This document shows, piece by piece, positions 57,551-64,000 of a DNA stretch of 64,000 nucleotides (its first letter is position 1; each line of letters starts with the position of its first letter). Below the pieces are notes generated by a model. It ran no database searches. It saw only the letters and a program-made list of their open reading frames with translations, and was not told where the DNA came from. The stretch is from contig JAVBLL010000018.1 of assembly GCA_031553555.1 (NCBI GenBank), positions 62,191-126,190 on the forward strand. The letters run 5' to 3'. A program made the position numbers and the translations under genes. The stretch comes from Bacilli bacterium. Its GTDB lineage: Bacteria > Bacillota_I > Bacilli_A > ML615J-28 > CAG-698.

Positions 57551-58672
57551 CTAATATTTTCTCAAGTCCTCATCCATATATACTTTATCAATAGTTCCAC
57601 CACCAAGAACAATATCACCATCATAAAAAACACATGCTTGTCCTGGAGTTACGGCCTTAGCCTTAAGATATTTAACCTCTGCTATTTTTTCATTGACGAA
57701 TGAAACAGTAACCGGAATATCCTTTTGACGATATCTGAATTTGGCAGTACAAGAAAGTGTCTTTACTGCTTTTTTTCCCAACCAATTTATATCATTTATA
57801 AAACAATGATTGGAATATAAATACTCATTATCTTCTCCTTGTCCAACTAACAAAGCATTACTAAACGGTTCTTTTCCAATGACAAACCAAGCATCCCCGG
57901 GTCCACCTAGTCCCAAACCATGACGCTGACCAATTGTATAGTACATAATCCCATCATGATGACCTACGATTTTACCATCCAAAGTACACATTGGACCAGG
58001 TTTTGCCAGGATATAATTTTGAAGAAATTGCTTGAAATTTCTTTCTCCAATAAAGCAAACTCCTGTAGAATCTTTTTTATGAGCAATTTTTAGATTGTAT
58101 TCTTCAGCAATCTTTCTAACTTCATTTTTTTTCAAATGTCCAATAGGAAATAATGCTTTAGATAATTGCTCAGAATTGAGCTGGCATAAAAAGTAACTTT
58201 GGTCTTTATTATCGTCAAGTCCTCTAAGCAACTTATGCTCATTAGGATTGTGAATTACCCTAGCATAGTGACCCATTGCTATATAATCACAACCCATTTT
58301 TAAAGCATATTCCAAGAAACATTTAAATTTAATTTCTTTATTACATAAAATATCGGGATTAGGAGTACGAAAATGTTCATATTCATTAATGAAATACTTA
58401 AAGACTTTATTCCAATATTCATCAATGAAATCTACTCGATGAAGTATAATATTTAATTGTTTTGCAACCTCTACTGCATCCAAATAGTCTTGTTCTTGTG
58501 GGCAGACATTACTTGGATCATTAGGGTTTCCTAAAACATCATTATTAATTGATGAATCCCAGTTACGCATAAACATACCTTCAACCTCGTAACCTTGCTG
58601 TTGTAATATAATAACTGCAACCGCTGAATCAACACCACCGGATAATCCAACTATGACTTTTTCTTTTTTCAT
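57551..58672 (-). CDS. mnmA: tRNA-specific 2-thiouridylase MnmA
   Basis: PP-loop VIVGLSGGVDSAVA. Catalytic Cys (DSTGVCFIGE). Confidence 0.9.
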   Translation of the reverse strand: MKKEKVIVGLSGGVDSAVAVIILQQQGYEVEGMFMRNWDSSINNDVLGNPNDPSNVCPQEQDYLDAVEVAKQLNIILHRVDFIDEYWNKVFKYFINEYEHFRTPNPDILCNKEIKFKCFLEYALKMGCDYIAMGHYARVIHNPNEHKLLRGLDDNKDQSYFLCQLNSEQLSKALFPIGHLKKNEVRKIAEEYNLKIAHKKDSTGVCFIGERNFKQFLQNYILAKPGPMCTLDGKIVGHHDGIMYYTIGQRHGLGLGGPGDAWFVIGKEPFSNALLVGQGEDNEYLYSNHCFINDINWLGKKAVKTLSCTAKFRYRQKDIPVTVSFVNEKIAEVKYLKAKAVTPGQACVFYDGDIVLGGGTIDKVYMDEDLRKY

Positions 58673-58679
58673 AATCCAC

Positions 58680-60650
58680 CTATTTGCTTGCTTTTAATTC
58701 TAAAATAATATCTCTTAGTGACATGGCTTGTTCAAAGTCTAAGGCTTTGGCAGCAGCTTTCATTTCTTTTTCTAATCTCATAATTATATCTTTCTTCTCA
58801 ATGCTTGATAAATTTGTCAAGTTATTCATATCATAATTTCCAAAACTTATTTCTTCTTTGGTTGCTATAACCATAGCTTCATTGATATTTTTCTTAATTG
58901 TTTTTGGAATAATATTAAATTTTTGATTATATTGGTCCTGAATTCCACGGCGTCTATATGTTTCTGTAATAGCCCTTTCCATAGAGCCGGTAATCTTATC
59001 TGCATACATAATCACTTTACCATTGGAGTTACGAGCAGCACGTCCAATTATTTGGATTAAAGACGTCTCACTACGCAAAAAGCCCTCCTTATCAGCATCA
59101 AGTATGGCAATTAAAGAAACCTCTGGAATGTCTAGTCCTTCTCTTAATAAATTTATTCCTACTAATACATCATATACACCCATTCGTAACTGACGTATAA
59201 TTTCCATACGTTCTAATGATTTAACTTCAGAATGAAGATATGCTACTTTTAGATCAAGATCTTTAAAATAGTTTGTTAATTCCTCACTCATTTTAATAGT
59301 TAATGTAAGAACAAGAACTCGTTCATCTTTTTTGATGCGATTATAAATTTCTTGCAATAGATTGTCAATTTGTCCTTCTGTCTTTCTAATTTCGACGTTT
59401 GGATCAAGTAGACCAGTTGGACGGATAATTTGTTCTACAATTTCAAAACTTTTCTTTTTTTCAAAATCAGTAGGTGTAGCACTAACATAAATTATTTGAT
59501 CACATTTTTTTTCAAACTCTTCAAATTGTAAAGGTCGATTATCAAGTGCTGATGGTAGACGAAATCCATATTCAACTAAATTCATTTTTCTGGCTCTATC
59601 TCCATTATACATTCCTCTTACTTGAGGTATTGTTACATGACTCTCATCAACAACTAACAAAAAATTATGCTTAAAATAGTCCATTAACGTGAAAGGCGTT
59701 TCACCTTCTTCACGTAAATGCATATGTCTGGAATAATTTTCTATTCCACTACACATTCCAATTTCTTTAAGCATCTCTAAATCAGACCTAGTTCTTTGCT
59801 CAATGCGCTGAGCTTCTAGCAATTTTCCTTGCTCTTTAAACTCTATTAACCTAGTTTCCAGTTCTCTTTCAATTCGTCCTATTGCTATTTCTAATTTTTC
59901 ACTAGATACAGCAAATAAAGTAGCTGGATATATCGTAACAATTGTTTGAACTGAAATGGTTTTTCCAGTTAAACTATTGATAATTTTAATTTTTTCTATT
60001 TCATCATCAAAAAATTCTAATCTTATAGCCTCTTCTTTTTCACCAGTTGGAATAATATCCAAAACATCACCTTTAAGTCTGAAAGTTCCACGATCTAATG
60101 CATAGTCATTACGTTCATATTGCATCTTCACAAGCCTTTCTAATAAATCAGCACGTTTATATGTATCTCCTTTTCTAATAACAAAAATATTATTTTCGTA
60201 ATCATCAGGATCACCAATTCCATAAATACATGAAACACTACTGACAATAATGACATTATCATGAGTTAATAAAGAAGAAACGGCACTATGACGCATTTGA
60301 TCAATATCATCATTGATACTTGAATCTTTTTCAATAAATAAATCTTTACTAGCTACATATGCTTCAGGTTGATAATAGTCATAATAAGAAATAAAATATT
60401 CAACTTTATTTTCTGGAAACAAAGTTTTGAATTCACTATATAATTGACCAGCCAAAGTTTTATTATGGGCTAATACCAAAGTGTTTTTGCCAATGTTTTG
60501 AATAACATTGGCGATTGTAAATGTCTTTCCTGTTCCTGTTGCTCCAAGCAGTGTTTGATATTTTGCGCCTTCTTTTAAATTGTTGGTCAATTTTTCTATT
60601 GCTTGTGGTTGATCTCCTTGTGGCTGATATGTTGAATGTAATTTAAACAT
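58680..60650 (-). CDS. uvrB: Excinuclease ABC subunit B
   Basis: [10 protein letters not shown] Walker A, beta-hairpin region, C-terminal UVR domain ([19 protein letters not shown]). 656 aa. Confidence 0.95.
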   Translation of the reverse strand: MFKLHSTYQPQGDQPQAIEKLTNNLKEGAKYQTLLGATGTGKTFTIANVIQNIGKNTLVLAHNKTLAGQLYSEFKTLFPENKVEYFISYYDYYQPEAYVASKDLFIEKDSSINDDIDQMRHSAVSSLLTHDNVIIVSSVSCIYGIGDPDDYENNIFVIRKGDTYKRADLLERLVKMQYERNDYALDRGTFRLKGDVLDIIPTGEKEEAIRLEFFDDEIEKIKIINSLTGKTISVQTIVTIYPATLFAVSSEKLEIAIGRIERELETRLIEFKEQGKLLEAQRIEQRTRSDLEMLKEIGMCSGIENYSRHMHLREEGETPFTLMDYFKHNFLLVVDESHVTIPQVRGMYNGDRARKMNLVEYGFRLPSALDNRPLQFEEFEKKCDQIIYVSATPTDFEKKKSFEIVEQIIRPTGLLDPNVEIRKTEGQIDNLLQEIYNRIKKDERVLVLTLTIKMSEELTNYFKDLDLKVAYLHSEVKSLERMEIIRQLRMGVYDVLVGINLLREGLDIPEVSLIAILDADKEGFLRSETSLIQIIGRAARNSNGKVIMYADKITGSMERAITETYRRRGIQDQYNQKFNIIPKTIKKNINEAMVIATKEEISFGNYDMNNLTNLSSIEKKDIIMRLEKEMKAAAKALDFEQAMSLRDIILELKASK

Positions 60651-60838
60651 AGTACTCCTTATTTAAGATATTTTTATAAAAATTAATTAATTATTGGTGA
60701 GAAAATAACAACTTTTCTAATGTGTATCATATTTAACTAATTAAATACTACATTAGTATGCCCATATATAAACATTAAAATATGAAGTGAAACATCTTTT
60801 ATTTTATTATTTTAAGAAAAAATATTTTTATATTGAAA

Positions 60839-61618
60839 TTAAACTTTAAGCAATGGAAGAGCAGTGTCTTGTCTAGCAACATATATTTTTAAAGTATGAT
60901 TCTTTGGCAAATAACTGTTAATCGTTTCCAAAGCAATATCTTCATCATTGCATTCACCACTTAAATGTGCCAAAACAATTGTTGATATTTTTTCACCTTC
61001 TAAAAGTTTGTTTAGTATTTGCCCACACATCAAATTAGAAAGATGTCCACTAGTTGAAAGAATTCTTTGTTTTAATGGCCAGGGTCTAGTGGATTCTAAC
61101 AACATTGCAACATCATGATTAGCCTCAATAATAATTGAATCAACTTTACTTAATAAACCAAGATATTCTAAAGGTATAAAGCCAGTATCAGTAATATAAG
61201 CAAGAGTTGTTATATTATCAGTAAAAATATATCCAAAACAATTGACACTATCATGACTAAGCGTTAATGGAACAATCACAATATCACCAACTTTATACTG
61301 CTTATGAGAAGAAATAAAATTAATTTTACTATATAATAGATTTTTCATATATTTATATTTAATTATTTCATAACTTTCATTATGCACATAAATAGGTGCC
61401 CTTGTGTTTTTCGCAATTGAATCTATTGAACCAGCATGGTCAATGTGTTCATGAGTAATGAATATCGCATCTATATTAGCAAAATCAAGCTCACTTCGCT
61501 TTTTCATATTGACAAAAGTAATGCCAGCATCTAAAAGTATCTTAGTTGTATTTGTTGCAATATATGTCATATTTCCTTTTGAACCACTTGATAACACTTG
61601 AAAAAACATACTCTTCAC
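60839..61618 (-). CDS. MBL-fold metallo-hydrolase (YycJ/WalJ-like)
   Basis: HEHIDHAG motif. 259 aa. Confidence 0.7.
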   Translation of the reverse strand: MKSMFFQVLSSGSKGNMTYIATNTTKILLDAGITFVNMKKRSELDFANIDAIFITHEHIDHAGSIDSIAKNTRAPIYVHNESYEIIKYKYMKNLLYSKINFISSHKQYKVGDIVIVPLTLSHDSVNCFGYIFTDNITTLAYITDTGFIPLEYLGLLSKVDSIIIEANHDVAMLLESTRPWPLKQRILSTSGHLSNLMCGQILNKLLEGEKISTIVLAHLSGECNDEDIALETINSYLPKNHTLKIYVARQDTALPLLKV

Positions 61619-61827
61619 CTATTTCTAATAATAATTATATCATTTTTCTTCCTTTATTTCAACAATTACTATTAGCGCGTTTTAATTATATTTTTACTCA
61701 TATAAAATAATAATAAATCAATGTTTTCGTAAAATTGTGTTTTTTATATTCCTTTTATTTTAATAAAGTTTTAGATAATTTTTTAATCTTAACTAGTTAT
61801 CTTGTTCAATTGAAATGGGGTTTTTCA

Positions 61828-61870
61828 TAAAAGCACCTCTAGCTCAAAATGTGAGATGGAGGTGCTTAAT
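61828..61870 (-). terminator. Terminator downstream of P-II-like gene
   Basis: Stem AAGCACCTC/GAGGTGCTT (61831-61839/61859-61867), GC-containing. Confidence 0.45.
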
Positions 61871-61901
61871 TATAATTTATAAAAACTTGACTCGTTCGTT
61901 C

Positions 61902-62240
61902 TTATTCTTGATCAATATTTACTAAACTACTCAATCCCACAACATCTTCAACAGGAACTGAAAAAGCAATGCCATGACTTGGTGAAACCATTCCACCCTC
62001 TTGATAAACAGCATGCAATACAGCATCTTTAATTTCTTTTTGCACAAGTATTAATACAATTTCTTTATCTGGGGATATTGTAATACCAAAAAAATCTTCT
62101 GTTTCTTTATTAGCAGTGCCACGACCATGTAGAATAGTACCGCCTCTTGCTCCGTTTGCCTTGGCAGCATCCATGACTACGTCAGTAAATCCAGCATTTA
62201 CAATGCATATTATTAACTCAAATTTATTTTGATTTTCCAT
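61902..62240 (-). CDS. P-II (GlnB-like) family small regulatory protein
   Basis: 112 aa, GRGTANKE...GIAFSVPVEDV P-II-like pattern. Typical partner of DUF1538 transporters. Confidence 0.6.
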   Translation of the reverse strand: MENQNKFELIICIVNAGFTDVVMDAAKANGARGGTILHGRGTANKETEDFFGITISPDKEIVLILVQKEIKDAVLHAVYQEGGMVSPSHGIAFSVPVEDVVGLSSLVNIDQE

Positions 62241-62631
62241 TTTTATCTCCTTTTGAAATGTTTTTAGTTAGAAAATTATATGCCATCATACCTATCATAC
62301 TAGATATAGGAATTGTAAAAGCTATTCCTTTACCATGTTTTTGTAATATTGGCTCAAGTTCCTTTAAAACTATTTGGCACATATCAGCTTTTAAAATACT
62401 AATGACTACATCTTTCTCACTTTCACCTAATCCTAGGTAATCGAGAATGTCACTATTAGCAGTGCCACGTCCCAATAGAACAATTTCCATTGTTGAATCA
62501 ACATTTTCTAATCTCTTTAATAATAATGCACTTTTACCTCGATTACAAATAGTGATAAGCATTTTAATCTCTGTAATTTTTGGTTCGACTTTTGCTATTT
62601 TATTTTTAGAAGGAACTTTAATTTTCTTCAT
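62224..62631 (-). CDS. P-II (GlnB-like) family small regulatory protein, second paralog
   Basis: GRGTANSD...GIAFTIPISSMIG. Start placed at ATG 62631 (MKKIKVP, GGAGGT RBS), overlapping the DUF1538 gene end by 14 nt. Confidence 0.55.
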   Translation of the reverse strand: MKKIKVPSKNKIAKVEPKITEIKMLITICNRGKSALLLKRLENVDSTMEIVLLGRGTANSDILDYLGLGESEKDVVISILKADMCQIVLKELEPILQKHGKGIAFTIPISSMIGMMAYNFLTKNISKGDKNGKSK

Positions 62632-63988
62632 TAGATATACCTCCAAAATAAATAATTTGTTCATCATTAGCAAGTGCATGTTTTGCTTCAATTCTTTGTC
62701 TAACTTTCACTTTAATTTCTGCTCTTAATCCTAAAACTTGAATAGTTATTAAAGGGGTCATTGTTATCATCGCTACGATTCCAAAGCCTACTTGCATGAT
62801 ACTCTCTGGATGTAGGGCTCCACATGCACCAACTGCAAATGGTAAAATGAAACCTGCTGACATTGGTCCAGATGCAACACCTCCAGAGTCAAAAGCGATA
62901 GCAGTGTAAATTTTAGGTACAAAGAACGACAATATTATTGCAATAGCATATCCTGGAATTAAGTAATATAAAATGTTAAATCCAATTACAATTCTTAGCA
63001 TTGATAATCCAACAGAAAAAGCTGTACCAACAGTTAATCCAATCAACATTGTCCTTTTACTAATCATTCCCCCACTAATTTCTTCTACTTGTTTATTTAA
63101 TACGTGCACCGTTGGTTCTGCTAAAACAATAAAGAAACCAATAATCGCACCAATTGGAATAAGTAAATAAGAATAGTTTGAAGTACCTAAGAATTCACCT
63201 ATATGCTTACTGGCCGGCATAAATCCCACATTTACGGCTGTTAAGAAGAGGATCAAACCGATATAAGTATACACCATGCCGATAATCATTTTTATTAATT
63301 TGTGCTTTGGTAAATGTAATATTGTGAACTGAAAAATAAAGAATAAAGCAATAATAGGTGCTAAAGCAATTGTGACGTCAATTCCGTAACTTAAAAAGCC
63401 ATTTGCAAATTGAGAAAAAATTGATGCAGTTGATATTTCATCGGGAGTATAAACAGGACTACTTTTTGTAAATAAGCCCAAAAACATAACCGCCATGATA
63501 GGTCCAATAGCACATAAAGCAACAAGCCCAAAACTATTATCAATGGAATCTTTACCACCACGAACAGATGCTACACCAACGCCAATAGCAATAATGAACG
63601 GCACTGTAATTGGTCCAGTAGTAACGCCACCTGAATCAAAACCGATGGCAATGTAGTCAGGATGAGTGAAAATAGTTAAAATGAAAACTATTGCATATGC
63701 AATGATTACACACCATGATAAACTCCATTTGAAAACAATTCGTAAAATAGATATTACAAAAAATATTCCAACACCAACGCTAACTGCAATAATAAGTACC
63801 CAATGATTAATACTTGGAATCTGATCTGCTAGTATTGACAAATCAGGTTCCGCTATAGTTATTAAAATACCTACTATAAAAATAACACCTATTATAAAAA
63901 AGATATTACGCTTTTTTATAATTGCGGACCCTATTTGCTCCCCCATTGGAGACATCGCAATATCTGCTCCTAAGGTGAACAAACCCAT
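62618..63988 (-). CDS. DUF1538-family polytopic membrane protein (putative transporter paired with P-II-like regulators)
   Basis: 456 aa, >10 TM helices, internal duplication (two AIGFDSGG / AIAFDSGG halves). Upstream region is beyond the window edge. Confidence 0.6.
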   Translation of the reverse strand: MGLFTLGADIAMSPMGEQIGSAIIKKRNIFFIIGVIFIVGILITIAEPDLSILADQIPSINHWVLIIAVSVGVGIFFVISILRIVFKWSLSWCVIIAYAIVFILTIFTHPDYIAIGFDSGGVTTGPITVPFIIAIGVGVASVRGGKDSIDNSFGLVALCAIGPIMAVMFLGLFTKSSPVYTPDEISTASIFSQFANGFLSYGIDVTIALAPIIALFFIFQFTILHLPKHKLIKMIIGMVYTYIGLILFLTAVNVGFMPASKHIGEFLGTSNYSYLLIPIGAIIGFFIVLAEPTVHVLNKQVEEISGGMISKRTMLIGLTVGTAFSVGLSMLRIVIGFNILYYLIPGYAIAIILSFFVPKIYTAIAFDSGGVASGPMSAGFILPFAVGACGALHPESIMQVGFGIVAMITMTPLITIQVLGLRAEIKVKVRQRIEAKHALANDEQIIYFGGISNEEN

Positions 63989-64000
63989 ACCAAAAATTAA

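Noticed and set aside
1-64000. Possibility of Mollicutes genetic code (UGA=Trp) suggested by the very low GC content
   Set aside because: All long ORFs are intact under the standard code and every Trp in the tracked translations is TGG. Sporulation-type genes (cwlD-like, yunB-like) and glnS also argue for a Firmicute with code 11.

Overview
AT-rich (~27-30% GC by eye) chromosomal window from a low-GC Gram-positive (Firmicutes-type) genome. It is very probably a spore-former lineage (Clostridia/Erysipelotrichia-like), because CwlD-like and YunB-like genes are present. Coding density is about 90% and strand bias is extreme: about 40 of 45 genes are on the minus strand. Standard genetic code is used (Trp = TGG in every tracked ORF). 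Most of the window is core housekeeping: U32 peptidase, typA, ABC-F, tsaE-tsaB-rimI-tsaD, glnS, pcrA, recD2, mnmA, uvrB, fakA/fakB, nifU-like, yebC/YeeN. Accessory-looking islands are interspersed: (i) a preQ1-I riboswitch in front of a QueT-type transporter; (ii) two paralogous intramembrane-sensing two-component systems and two fused ABC-ATPase/FtsX permeases, of which only one pair is physically linked; (iii) a Doc/Fic-family protein, a GNAT protein and a mini-pyrophosphatase-like protein that share a conserved upstream inverted-repeat motif; (iv) an orphan soluble PAS-hybrid histidine kinase next to a NYN/OST-HTH protein; (v) a giant 1277-aa coiled-coil protein with N-terminal tandem repeats, translationally coupled to a membrane protein and embedded between tsaD and glnS; (vi) a free-standing B3/4 tRNA-binding-domain protein coupled to glnS; (vii) a three-gene cassette with no recognisable homology, led by a CPYC thioredoxin-like lipoprotein; (viii) an unusual serine-hydrolase (beta-lactamase fold) :: RlmA-type 23S rRNA methyltransferase fusion flanked by two flavoproteins; (ix) P-II-like pair plus DUF1538 permease. 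No rRNA or tRNA genes, CRISPR arrays, transposase or integrase genes were seen. The only RNA element found is the riboswitch. Many intergenic hairpin terminators are visible.
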